The notes beneath the pieces are model-generated. The model had not been told where the DNA came from. It was given only the letters and a program-made list of their open reading frames with translations, and ran no database searches. 64,000 nucleotides of DNA from a virus, in IMG/VR virus record IMGVR_UViG_3300005613_000006, positions 32,001-96,000 of that record; one strand, 5' to 3'. Shown here piece by piece: positions 29,853-38,696 of this stretch. A program made the position numbers and the translations under genes. Each line of letters begins with the position of its first letter. Within the stretch, counting starts at the first letter, position 1.

Positions 29853-30154
29853 TGGGTTTCAAGATGAGACAATTAGGTGGTCGGAGTAGTTCCTCGGGGC
29901 CTTCGATTGTTAAGGCAGCCCAGAATTTTAGCAAGGCGGTTGTGAATCATATCAAGGATGGTTTCGAGAAAGTGACGTTGCCTGTATATCAAATCCGCCT
30001 CAATACATGCAACGAATGTGAGGAGTTTTACAGCGAGGGGCGGTGCCTGCATCCTCAATGCGGGTGTTTCTTGTCGAATAAGGCTTGGTGGGCTAGCGAA
30101 AACTGCCCAATAGGAAAGTGGCCGAATCAGGAAAACGGCTCAAATGGTGTATAA
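29852..30154 (+). CDS. Small Cys-rich protein (DUF6171-like)
   Basis: R...CxxC...C....CGC.L..K.......CP.GKW. Confidence 0.6.
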   Translation: MGFKMRQLGGRSSSSGPSIVKAAQNFSKAVVNHIKDGFEKVTLPVYQIRLNTCNECEEFYSEGRCLHPQCGCFLSNKAWWASENCPIGKWPNQENGSNGV

Positions 30155-30155
30155 T
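30145..30155 (+). promoter_or_regulatory. Phage promoter motif TGGTGTATAAT
   Basis: Exact motif overlapping the upstream stop codon, ending 30 nt before ATG 30185. Confidence 0.7.
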
Positions 30156-30184
30156 ACAGTAGTTCCAAAACGGAGACAGAGCAA

Positions 30185-30814
30185 ATGGCAAGTATTGACT
30201 TCTATGTGTATACAGGTTCGGATTTCGACCTGTCTCTTGCGGGCTCAGGACTAGGGTTCTACGGCTCAGGAGGCTTCGGTGCTTCTATCGCCGTGGGAGA
30301 ATGGCAAGGTAACACCTACGTCACTGATGGCAACGGCCTCACTCAAGGCCCGCAAGCAAACAACGTAAAATGGCGACACGCGAACAGCGGTGAAGTAGCC
30401 GGTGCGACTGTGCTGAATCTACAGTACATTCCAAACTATCAAGCTACATTGAACCCACGCTTTGTGCATAGCACTGGTGTGAAGGTACAGAATGTTGAGG
30501 CTCGTATCTACGACCGCAACAACATCAATGTTGGGGCCACTGGCGTAACAACCAAGGCCGCAGAATTGATTCACCCATCTGTGTCACAAGCTGTTCAAGG
30601 TTCCGGCGACCCCGCCTGGATTACCCCAGAGGGTTCGGCGGTCACTGTACCGCTAGCGCAAAGCCCAGGTCTATCTGGCCTGTACGCTGGCGATGGTACG
30701 ACCTCATTGGTGCCCGACGACCGCCACGACTGGTATCTGGCATTAAGTGCATCGCCTGACAGCGTTGGGTCGAAGACACAGTATGGACTTTTTGTGAGCT
30801 TGGAGTACCTGTAG
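30185..30814 (+). CDS. Probable virion structural protein
   Basis: G/S/T-rich beta protein with own promoter and RBS GGAG; ends HDWYLALSASPDSVGSK...LEYL. Confidence 0.55.
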   Translation: MASIDFYVYTGSDFDLSLAGSGLGFYGSGGFGASIAVGEWQGNTYVTDGNGLTQGPQANNVKWRHANSGEVAGATVLNLQYIPNYQATLNPRFVHSTGVKVQNVEARIYDRNNINVGATGVTTKAAELIHPSVSQAVQGSGDPAWITPEGSAVTVPLAQSPGLSGLYAGDGTTSLVPDDRHDWYLALSASPDSVGSKTQYGLFVSLEYL

Positions 30815-30861
30815 GGCATACGGAGTTTTCGATTCTTTACGATATTTTACTTGATTTTTCC

Positions 30862-30915
30862 ACCCCTTCTCGTGTATAATAGTAGTAGACAAACACTACT
30901 CTACACGAAAGGGGT
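30862..30915 (+). promoter_or_regulatory. Promoter (TCGTGTATAAT, 30870-30880) within an RBS-sequestering hairpin
   Basis: ACCCCTTCTCGTGTA (30862-30876) is complementary to TACACGAAAGGGGT (30902-30915). Confidence 0.65.
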
Positions 30916-30921
30916 TTTCTT

Positions 30922-31716
30922 ATGCCTGGACGACAATGGACGAAGGATGAGGTGGCATTTTTGCGTGAGCATTATCAAACAAAGAGCCTATCTCAGCTTG
31001 CGCAGGATTTAGACAGAACCATGAAGGCAGTGCAACACAAATTGTCTCTGTTGAAATTGGAGCGACCGAAACCGCAGCCGGGAGATGAGTTTCATAGATT
31101 AACCATAGAGGAGTTGTATACTATTCACAAGTATGGTCAACACATCACAATGGCTAAATGCGTGTGTCAATGCGGCAATCAATATGTTGGTAAGTTGACT
31201 GCTATTGTTACGGGACATGTAAAAAGTTGTGGATGTTTGAAAAGGGAAACATCTCGTGATAACGCTATTAAACGCAATTTAACGCATGGTTGTAGCTCCA
31301 CAAAATTGTATAAAGTATGGGCTGGTGCTAAAAATAGGTGTAATAACCCATGTAATGCTTCCTATAATGACTATGGTGGTCGCGGTATTACTATGTGTCA
31401 GAAGTGGCAGGAAGATTTTGACACATTTCAGAAATGGGCATTGGCAAATGGATATGTGGAGGGTTTAACTTTGGACCGCATTGATGTGAATGGTAATTAC
31501 GAACCGAAAAATTGTAGATGGATTACTATGTATGAACAGAGTATGAACCGTCGTAACTCTCTCAAGGTTAGCATTACTGCATTTAATGAAACCAAAAATA
31601 TTCATGCTTGGGTTGAAGATAAGAGATGTGTAGTTTCTACCACTACATTGTGTTATCGCATAGGAGCAGGATGGAAGCCAGAAGACGCCATCACCAAACC
31701 AAGCGAACGCCGCTGA
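30922..31716 (+). CDS. HNH-family homing endonuclease
   Basis: CxCxCG..., KSCGC, RC.NP....Y..YGGRGI..C..W, TLDRIDVNGNYEP.NCRW; AT-rich relative to neighbours. Confidence 0.85.
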   Translation: MPGRQWTKDEVAFLREHYQTKSLSQLAQDLDRTMKAVQHKLSLLKLERPKPQPGDEFHRLTIEELYTIHKYGQHITMAKCVCQCGNQYVGKLTAIVTGHVKSCGCLKRETSRDNAIKRNLTHGCSSTKLYKVWAGAKNRCNNPCNASYNDYGGRGITMCQKWQEDFDTFQKWALANGYVEGLTLDRIDVNGNYEPKNCRWITMYEQSMNRRNSLKVSITAFNETKNIHAWVEDKRCVVSTTTLCYRIGAGWKPEDAITKPSERR

Positions 31717-31722
31717 ACGCCT

Positions 31723-31753
31723 CAAAAGAAAAGCCCCGTTTTACCGGAGCCTT
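31723..31753 (-). terminator. Terminator of the leftward arm at the convergence point
   Basis: Minus strand GCTCCG-GTAAAA-CGGGGC-TTTTCTTTT. Confidence 0.6.
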
Positions 31754-31965
31754 TTGGCATCACATGGCACTTGTAGAATGTAGATTAACGTAGGGACGAC
31801 TGACACGAATTGTGAGAGCCACTTGATTCGTTCAGCGCCCAGGCAGCAAAGCGTGAAACTAATCACGGCCCCATCCCAGTGTTGCGTAGTCAGACACAAA
31901 AACAGTGACACTGCGCCACCGCATATTACCCCCACAGCAATACATAGCCAATCATCTGCGCTCAT
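31741..31965 (-). CDS. Small membrane protein
   Basis: Hydrophobic segments; RBS GGAG before MSADD. Confidence 0.45.
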   Translation of the reverse strand: MSADDWLCIAVGVICGGAVSLFLCLTTQHWDGAVISFTLCCLGAERIKWLSQFVSVVPTLIYILQVPCDAKRLR

Positions 31966-32158
31966 GTAGTTCTCCACTGGCAAACAACGCGCACAATAAA
32001 AGTGGCCACAATAAAGCGAACTGTATTGTACGACATAGAAAAAACCAGAAGTCTCTACGGTCTGGACTATACTTCCACAGATTGTAGAGAAACCAGGGCG
32101 TTGTTGCTAGGGCTCCGACCGCCCAAATAAATTCCAGTATCATCAGTGCGTAAATCAT
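31952..32158 (-). CDS. Small membrane protein
   Basis: Two hydrophobic segments; RBS GAGGTG before MIYAL. Confidence 0.45.
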   Translation of the reverse strand: MIYALMILEFIWAVGALATTPWFLYNLWKYSPDRRDFWFFLCRTIQFALLWPLLLCALFASGELHERR

Positions 32159-32361
32159 GGTTTGCGTATCACCTCTTTGAAATTGGGGTCTGGTCCCCAT
32201 TTCCAATCCCTGTTACCAGTTTGTGCATTGACAATCCAGTGGCCAGCATTGGCTTTGGCGGCAGATTTCCTTGCGCTTTCGTATCCAGCGTCGAATACCA
32301 TTACCCCTATCCAGATTAGGCAAATGACAATCGTTATTGACCCAAAAATTACATCCATCAT
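32155..32361 (-). CDS. Small single-TM protein
   Basis: N-terminal hydrophobic helix; overlaps both neighbours. Confidence 0.5.
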   Translation of the reverse strand: MMDVIFGSITIVICLIWIGVMVFDAGYESARKSAAKANAGHWIVNAQTGNRDWKWGPDPNFKEVIRKP

Positions 32362-32870
32362 TTCTTGAACTCCTGGCGAATCGCCTTCATTTCATCTGTA
32401 TAGTCCTGCCATCCATAGTAGGCACTGATGAAATCTTGAAGCAAAGTAGAAAGAACAATACACTCACCGGGCGCTACCATGAGGCCAACGCGGGTCAGCT
32501 TCTTGTCTCGCTGCGAACTGACGTTCAACGCCATCTTGTCGTCCAACTTCTTCAAGCTGACGGTGACGTTGCCCTTGTCGTTCTTGTGGAACAGTTTGCC
32601 CTCGTTCTTGTGACGACGTAGGGCAAGCAGTAGTTCGGACACGTCTGGGATACCCAGTTTCACCGTGACACTTTGGCCGGTGCTGTTGTCCTGACCCGCC
32701 CAGTCGAACGAGGCATTGTCGTTGGCATCCACGCCAGTCTGGTTGGCCATTTCCAAGAACAACATTGGCTCTGGAAACTTGCCTTCACGACGGGCTTTAA
32801 CTACGAACTGAAACTTGGCGGCAGCGCCCTTCTCGTCTTTCTTTGGTTTGTAAATTCGGAACTCTTTCAT
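32358..32870 (-). CDS. Putative ssDNA-binding protein (Whirly/PC4-like)
   Basis: IYKP....GAA..F, FDW, VKLG..D, LFH pattern; RBS GGAG before MKEFR. Confidence 0.4.
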   Translation of the reverse strand: MKEFRIYKPKKDEKGAAAKFQFVVKARREGKFPEPMLFLEMANQTGVDANDNASFDWAGQDNSTGQSVTVKLGIPDVSELLLALRRHKNEGKLFHKNDKGNVTVSLKKLDDKMALNVSSQRDKKLTRVGLMVAPGECIVLSTLLQDFISAYYGWQDYTDEMKAIRQEFKK

Positions 32871-33832
32871 TTGTCTCTCCAATTCGATTTGTATTCACCA
32901 ACATCCTTTGGAACAGGGTACTTACCCCGTTGAATGTTGTTGAGATATTGCAGCATCTTCTGGGCTGTTGCCCGTGATACGGCCTCAATAGCCTCGTACT
33001 TGTTGTCTCCAAGGTTAATCACTTCCATGACGTTCATGTTCTTGCGACCGCAGATAATGTCGATAGCTTGAATCTGTTCATCACTGATGGGTTCCGAGGG
33101 TGCCCATCCTTCCTCAAACGGATTGTCCTTCTCTGCAATCTCGCTGTCTTCCTCCGCTGTGATTGTGTTGGTGAGGTCCAACAGCTTGCGGTAGATACGC
33201 CCTGCGGCCCTGGTTGCCGCTGTAGCAGATTGGTGCTTACAGTAGGGAGCATCGGTGTTTTCTTTGTTCACGTCGGCAATGTCTTCCAGATGGATAGTTT
33301 GACCTACCGCCGGGTGAGTGTCATTGGTAACTTGAACATCCACACTAACAACAACCGTAGCTGTGCCCAGGTTGTCTTTGGTGGGTGGGTCGTGGTCTGG
33401 AATGCGTGTGTCTACAATGGGGCCAATCAATAACCCTACCAGTCGATGACATCCAACGCATGTAGGACACCCATCTGTAAGTTCACTTTCGCGAAACTGA
33501 CGCATGACATAATCTTGCCATTCCTCCGACCCGAAAGCTGGTACTATTTCTGGAACCGGAATCTCGCCATCCTCATCAGGGTCCGTTGAAACAATGTGAG
33601 CGTCCTCTTCCTCGGCGGCGCTGAACATGTCGTCCGTTGCCTCGTCAGTCATTTCGGGGACAGCTTCGGCTTCCGCTGCCACGGCAGCCAGTTCCTCTTC
33701 CAAGCCCATCAGCAAAGCTACCAAGGGTTTCTTTGTCTGTCCCAGCACTTCCTCGTCTACAATCTTGTGCTTCTCACGAAGAATCTCGCGGATTTCGTCA
33801 ATGCCAGTTTGTTCATAACCAGTCTTAGCCAT
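32867..33832 (-). CDS. Hypothetical acidic protein, possibly a single-strand annealing (Rad52/Erf-like) protein
   Basis: ATAATRA.GR..RK.L.L....AEE motif and a C-terminal ISDEQ...I helical module. Confidence 0.4.
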   Translation of the reverse strand: MAKTGYEQTGIDEIREILREKHKIVDEEVLGQTKKPLVALLMGLEEELAAVAAEAEAVPEMTDEATDDMFSAAEEEDAHIVSTDPDEDGEIPVPEIVPAFGSEEWQDYVMRQFRESELTDGCPTCVGCHRLVGLLIGPIVDTRIPDHDPPTKDNLGTATVVVSVDVQVTNDTHPAVGQTIHLEDIADVNKENTDAPYCKHQSATAATRAAGRIYRKLLDLTNTITAEEDSEIAEKDNPFEEGWAPSEPISDEQIQAIDIICGRKNMNVMEVINLGDNKYEAIEAVSRATAQKMLQYLNNIQRGKYPVPKDVGEYKSNWRDK

Positions 33833-33834
33833 CG

Positions 33835-34617
33835 TTATACCTCAATTTCTATGAGCCGTTTGTTTTTCGCAGGAACTTTCCTGCGTATTTTCTCCAACGC
33901 TTTATGCACAGCCTCAAACACATCCCGTTCTAACTTAGCGGATACGTTCTTGTGTAAGTGCTTCACACGAATGATACACATTTTGTGCGCCAGCACAAGA
34001 CCCGTTTTCTGCAAGTCGGACTTGATGTTCTTCTTGAGTTTCTCTTCACCCCAGATGGGCAAGAAGTGGGCCGGGCCATCAATCTCAATGACTGTCCTCA
34101 ACTCAGGAATGAAAAGGTCGAGTTGCAACTTGGGGTTTGGGATAATATCATCCCTATGGAAATATACAGTAAAACCCGCGTCTGTCAAGTTATCTCGCAG
34201 GCTTTTCTCCAATTTTGAGCCTTCTTTTGAGGTTCTCCGAACCCCCTCTGCTGCCGCCGCGCGAAGCGCTTCTTGCTCGGCCTTGCTCATTTTGTCCCAC
34301 TGTTTTCTGGCGACCTCACTACGAGACCGCAACTTTTCTTCATCAGACTCGGCCCAGTCCTTCGCCACGCCCTCAGATATGCGAATCTTGGTCTCAGAAG
34401 ACCGCTCAGAACCGGCTGTAGGGTGCCTAGCGCGTCCAGATTTTAATGCCGACGCCTGTGCGGCACTCTTATCCCTCAGTTCTACGCCGTCTTTAATGAG
34501 AGCCCGTCTGACGGCATTTGGATAAGTTCCCAGTTCGCGGGCAATGTCGGCAATCGACCGTTCTTTGGTGACGTATTGCTTGAACCGCCACTTTTCTGTC
34601 TTGAGTTTGTTAGCCAC
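33835..34617 (-). CDS. HTH/NUMOD3-like DNA-binding region plus DUF559/Vsr-like endonuclease
   Basis: SIADIARELG HTH; RSSETKIRISE; SKLE...LDLFIPEL..VIEIDGPAHF. Confidence 0.7.
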   Translation of the reverse strand: MANKLKTEKWRFKQYVTKERSIADIARELGTYPNAVRRALIKDGVELRDKSAAQASALKSGRARHPTAGSERSSETKIRISEGVAKDWAESDEEKLRSRSEVARKQWDKMSKAEQEALRAAAAEGVRRTSKEGSKLEKSLRDNLTDAGFTVYFHRDDIIPNPKLQLDLFIPELRTVIEIDGPAHFLPIWGEEKLKKNIKSDLQKTGLVLAHKMCIIRVKHLHKNVSAKLERDVFEAVHKALEKIRRKVPAKNKRLIEIEV

Positions 34618-35554
34618 GGATATGCTCCCTCCACCAATCGACAGTCATGCTCAAACCTTGGTTCAACGATACTTCGTTGAGGAAACCAAAGCCTGCCCTG
34701 GCTTTCTGAATGTTCAGACAACGCCGTGGTTGACCGTCTGGTTTACTTTTGTCATAGATGATGTTGTACTGATTGCATCTCATCCCTAATGTAGAACAGA
34801 TACGCTCAGCCAAGTTGTGAATGAATATCTCTTCGCCGGAACCAATGTTCACCGGCTCTGCGCCGTTATAGTTTTCCATTGCTAAACGAATGGCGCGGGC
34901 ACACTCTCCAACGTAGAGGAATTCCCTGCTGACTTTCCCGGTTCCCCATAGTTTGATGATGCCATCGGTTTCACAGGCTACTGCTGCCTTGTTGATAATG
35001 GCTGGAATTACATGGGAAGTGTACGGATGGAAGTTGTCATTTGGTCCATACATATTTGTAGGAATCAACGTGATGCAGTTGAACCCATACTGTTCTCTGT
35101 ATCCCTGCCCCATGAGCATCAGAGATTTCTTGGCGATGCCATACGGCGCATTAGTTTCTTCGGGGAATCCATCCCAGAGTTCCTCTTCCACAAACGGAAT
35201 AGTTTTGGGAACCTTGGGATAGGCACATACTGTTCCTATGTTGATGAACTTCTCGCACTTCCACTTGCGGGCGGTCTCCATAACATTGAGGCCCATCTGC
35301 ATATTCTCGTAGAAGAACCGTCCTGGGTTGTCTTGGTTGGCCCCGATGCCACCGACCGCTGCTGCCAAGTGAATTACCACTCTGGGTTTCTCGGCGTAGA
35401 ACATGAACTTCACGGACTCTTTGTTGAGCAAGTCACACTGACCGTGAGTCAGCGCAATGACATTCTTGTATTTGCGACACGCCAGTTCTTCTTGCAGGGC
35501 CGTACCCAGAAAACCATGTCCACCTGTTATCAATATCCTGCTATCTTTGTTCAT
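34610..35554 (-). CDS. fcl: GDP-L-fucose synthase (extended SDR epimerase/reductase)
   Basis: ITGGHGFLG, HLAAAVGGIGAN, GTVCAYPK, YGIAKK, PTNMYGPNDNF, SHVIPA, WGTG...REFLY, KPDGQPRR. Confidence 0.92.
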   Translation of the reverse strand: MNKDSRILITGGHGFLGTALQEELACRKYKNVIALTHGQCDLLNKESVKFMFYAEKPRVVIHLAAAVGGIGANQDNPGRFFYENMQMGLNVMETARKWKCEKFINIGTVCAYPKVPKTIPFVEEELWDGFPEETNAPYGIAKKSLMLMGQGYREQYGFNCITLIPTNMYGPNDNFHPYTSHVIPAIINKAAVACETDGIIKLWGTGKVSREFLYVGECARAIRLAMENYNGAEPVNIGSGEEIFIHNLAERICSTLGMRCNQYNIIYDKSKPDGQPRRCLNIQKARAGFGFLNEVSLNQGLSMTVDWWREHIRG

Positions 35555-36029
35555 TACACTCTCTCCCTATTACATCAATGAATTGCAATACTGAACAATC
35601 TTCCACTACATGAGAAACTTTGACGTTGAAGCACTGGCTAATGACCTTTTGGTGTTGTTCGCACCTCGCTATCAGCGTCAAGTTCTCATGCGTAAAGACA
35701 TCCTCAAAAATTCCCCACACTCTCTGCGGTCCCCTCATCCACTCCATATCCCACACGTAGAAGAACTTCATTTGGGGGCCAGGAAAGTCTACCAATTTGA
35801 TGGCGGTTGCAATCGACGTAGCAATGGTTGGCCCCGTTTGACACCACGCCTCGGCCATCTGCATGATGGTGAAGTTGGGCATCATACATTGTCGGTGCAT
35901 GTTATCGTAGAAAACAATGATGTCGGTGTCGTGGTGTGTCACCACATAATCATTGATGCTGGTGCCAAGTTGGAGTGCCATTTGTCCTGCGCCCAAATTG
36001 TCTACTAGTATGTTGATGTTTCTAAACAT
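35541..36029 (-). CDS. Hypothetical protein, glycosyltransferase N-domain-like
   Basis: IATS..TA, KFFYVWDMEW motif; inside the sugar cluster. Confidence 0.45.
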   Translation of the reverse strand: MFRNINILVDNLGAGQMALQLGTSINDYVVTHHDTDIIVFYDNMHRQCMMPNFTIMQMAEAWCQTGPTIATSIATAIKLVDFPGPQMKFFYVWDMEWMRGPQRVWGIFEDVFTHENLTLIARCEQHQKVISQCFNVKVSHVVEDCSVLQFIDVIGRECNEQR

Positions 36030-36837
36030 GGCATTCCTCCCATTGAAGGTCTATTTCTTGGTGACAGCTAGTTACCTCTAGGTCTTTTACTGTCTTGTCT
36101 AAACTAAGCCGGTCACCCCCCAAAAACCTTCGGTTCATTTCCGCCGCCTTGTACTCTTCCTTGTTGCCCACCTTGTTTGGAAATAGGCTTTGTACGCGAT
36201 TGACGGCGGCATTGACGAAAACACTTATCGGGGGACACAACATCAATGGCTCAACGCTGGAAACAAAGGCTTGTAGTTGAGCCTCTAGTTGATTCGGCTG
36301 TGTGAACTGCGCCTTTTCCAACAAGCACAGGATTTCATCGCGGCGGAATATGTGGGCGTCTACCGATAACGGATAATTGTAGTTCGTGTATGGGTCGCAT
36401 GTATTCCTGTTCCAAAGTAGGAACGGCCCTGCGTCTTGAAAGTTGGGCTGGCGAATACTGCGGTGTGACTGGTATTGCCATGCGGTGTTACGCCCTAATC
36501 TCAACGACAAACATGATGCTTTTGGATGTGCAACCATTGCTTTTTTGACATGTTCATGGTTGAATCCTGGCTTGCGCCACATGATTTGGTCGTCTACAAG
36601 AAAACAAAACAATGGACCACAGTTTCGCACAGCTTCCATTACATCGAATTTCAGCTTGGTTTCTTCTTGAAAGTGGGCTCCATCCAGATGCGTGTAGGCT
36701 TGGGCGTAGTCGGCATCGGACGCGCGATACAAAATCAGCGGCTCATTGAATATCCCCTCGCCATTGATATGCAATGACTGCAATAGGAGGTCCAGTTGTG
36801 CCGCACGGTCTTTCGAGAAAACGATTGCGTCTATCAT
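36022..36837 (-). CDS. GT-A fold glycosyltransferase-like protein
   Basis: IVFSKDRAAQLDLLL.S, FLVDD (DxD-like), YPLSVDAHIF, PNQLE. Confidence 0.7.
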   Translation of the reverse strand: MIDAIVFSKDRAAQLDLLLQSLHINGEGIFNEPLILYRASDADYAQAYTHLDGAHFQEETKLKFDVMEAVRNCGPLFCFLVDDQIMWRKPGFNHEHVKKAMVAHPKASCLSLRLGRNTAWQYQSHRSIRQPNFQDAGPFLLWNRNTCDPYTNYNYPLSVDAHIFRRDEILCLLEKAQFTQPNQLEAQLQAFVSSVEPLMLCPPISVFVNAAVNRVQSLFPNKVGNKEEYKAAEMNRRFLGGDRLSLDKTVKDLEVTSCHQEIDLQWEECHV

Positions 36838-37574
36838 TTGAACACGGTCTCCAAAATGTGCTTAACGAGAATGGTGTATGTTGCCTTTTCCATTGCTGGA
36901 TAGTGGGCGTCAACCCACTCTTGACATTCTTCGGGCTCCTGTAGACAGTGAGACACCATACCATACAAGTCTTCCAAGTCTCCCTCTTCTACCCGAGGTA
37001 TCTCCAATTCTTCCGCCACTTCCTTTCGGTCGGTCAGACAGAACGCTTTGCAGTTAATGGCCCTCATCCCCTCTACTATATTTGTCACAAAGGCTATCTT
37101 GGTTGATGAATATGCCTGACAGTGTTCCTCAGTTTGAACGAAGCCCACGTATTGTGGAATAGGCCATGTCCACGGCCCGAAAATCTTCAAGTTGAACTTA
37201 CCCACGGGCCACGCGAGAGACATTACCATAGGATTGGGAGACCCAATGTAGACAACATCTGATTCCATGTGTGGGTTAGGGTCTACATGGTGGAATGTAA
37301 TGTCATCTACCACGTTGGGCAACTCCATTTCTTCTCCATCGAGTATCCATATATTCTGGTCCACCTGGACCATTGTGTGCATATCTGGACGCGCCTCAAT
37401 ACACTTCTCCATCGCACGGTCGGCCTTGGTGGTTAGGATGAATACATCGGGGTTGATTTCATCAAATATGTCGAAGGCTGGTGTATTCTGCCACAAGAAA
37501 GTCTCATGCCCCAGCTTCTCGAACGCCACTGCTAATCCCATTATGTCGGGATGGTGTTTACACAGTATCTTCAT
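36834..37574 (-). CDS. CgeB-like glycosyltransferase (GT-B related)
   Basis: Probable start MKILC; DVVYIG, LKIFG..W....YVG, YSSTKIA, TY..LV..IL. Confidence 0.55.
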   Translation of the reverse strand: MKILCKHHPDIMGLAVAFEKLGHETFLWQNTPAFDIFDEINPDVFILTTKADRAMEKCIEARPDMHTMVQVDQNIWILDGEEMELPNVVDDITFHHVDPNPHMESDVVYIGSPNPMVMSLAWPVGKFNLKIFGPWTWPIPQYVGFVQTEEHCQAYSSTKIAFVTNIVEGMRAINCKAFCLTDRKEVAEELEIPRVEEGDLEDLYGMVSHCLQEPEECQEWVDAHYPAMEKATYTILVKHILETVFK

Positions 37575-37956
37575 CCTCATCCTCCCAGAGTTCAAAATTC
37601 CACGACCCATCTGGCGCGACCACCTTGCATGATTGAACGATGGTAGTAGTGCGAGTGCCTCCGTCGTCCAGTTTTTGGAATTCCATGTGCATACCCTTGC
37701 CAATGTGTCCAATTTTCAAACAAGAACCGCCCCATGTACAACCATTGAATCGTCTTTCGACTTCTTCCAAGTAGGTAGTTCCATTGCGAACTCGCACAAT
37801 GCCATTTGTTGGGTCTACGAAGGTAATTTCGTACACGTTGTTAAGTGTTTCGGCGTATAGCTTTGTGCCTTCCTCGAACTTGCACGTGTCAACGCAACCC
37901 TTTTCAGCTTTGGAATTTAGCTGTGCTTGTAGTTTCTTGTCAATATGGTCGCTCAT
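37558..37956 (-). CDS. Hypothetical phage protein
   Basis: 132-aa ORF overlapping both neighbours; ETLNNVYEI, GCTWGGS.LK.G.I..GMHMEF. Confidence 0.55.
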   Translation of the reverse strand: MSDHIDKKLQAQLNSKAEKGCVDTCKFEEGTKLYAETLNNVYEITFVDPTNGIVRVRNGTTYLEEVERRFNGCTWGGSCLKIGHIGKGMHMEFQKLDDGGTRTTTIVQSCKVVAPDGSWNFELWEDEDEDTV

Positions 37957-38696
37957 ATCATCCTCGCCTGCTCAAGTTCTTTGGGGGTATCCACTTCTGC
38001 AATCCGCATGTGCTGCGGCTCTATTGCGGAGAAGACTCCTCCTCTATTGATGACGTTGTTTAACACTTCGTACCCAAACCATTTCTCTGTTTCGGTATTG
38101 AAGACAGATGTTTCAAACAGGCGTAGTTCTTCGTCAATCAGGTAGACCATCTGGCCCCATTTAGTATCGAGACCATAGGACAGATTGGTGACTACACCTT
38201 CGTGCGTCTGTACTCCAACCTCTTCTGCCTTAAAGTGGTTCTTGGAATCCACCAGCAGGGCTGATGGACCAGTGGCCAATGTGCGAATCGCGTTGGCATT
38301 GAACACTAAATCTCCGTACACTATCAACACGCGCGGCGAGATAGTCGCTTGCATAGCCAGTTGTAAACTATATGCCACATTGGTGTCTTCGTAAAACGGG
38401 TTGGTGATGAAACGAACCGGCATAATGCCGCGAAATTGTTTCCTCACCTTGTCTCCCTGGAACCCAATAACAACAACGATTTCAGCTTGTGGATACTCTG
38501 CCCACAGCATTTTCAGTTGGCGTTCCAGTATTGTTATGCCCCGGTTTAATGACAGCAGAGCCTTGGGGCCAAGCGACTTCATGCGCTTGCCTACGCTCGC
38601 TGCCGGAATTATGATAGTTAAGGCGTCGTTATTGCTTGAACTTGGGGCTACCCTCTTCGTAGAGGTAATGTGTCGTGAAGCACTATTGTTGCCCAT
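37953..38696 (-). CDS. NTP-transferase (LicC-like phosphocholine/sugar-phosphate nucleotidyltransferase)
   Basis: IIPAASVGKRMKSLGPKALL, VVIGF, NP.Y..TN...SL, IVYGDLVF, EVDTPKEL. Confidence 0.8.
   Translation of the reverse strand: MGNNSASRHITSTKRVAPSSSNNDALTIIIPAASVGKRMKSLGPKALLSLNRGITILERQLKMLWAEYPQAEIVVVIGFQGDKVRKQFRGIMPVRFITNPFYEDTNVAYSLQLAMQATISPRVLIVYGDLVFNANAIRTLATGPSALLVDSKNHFKAEEVGVQTHEGVVTNLSYGLDTKWGQMVYLIDEELRLFETSVFNTETEKWFGYEVLNNVINRGGVFSAIEPQHMRIAEVDTPKELEQARMI

Noticed and set aside
33596-34525. 309-aa + strand ORF
   Set aside because: Antisense to two well-supported - strand genes; no motifs.
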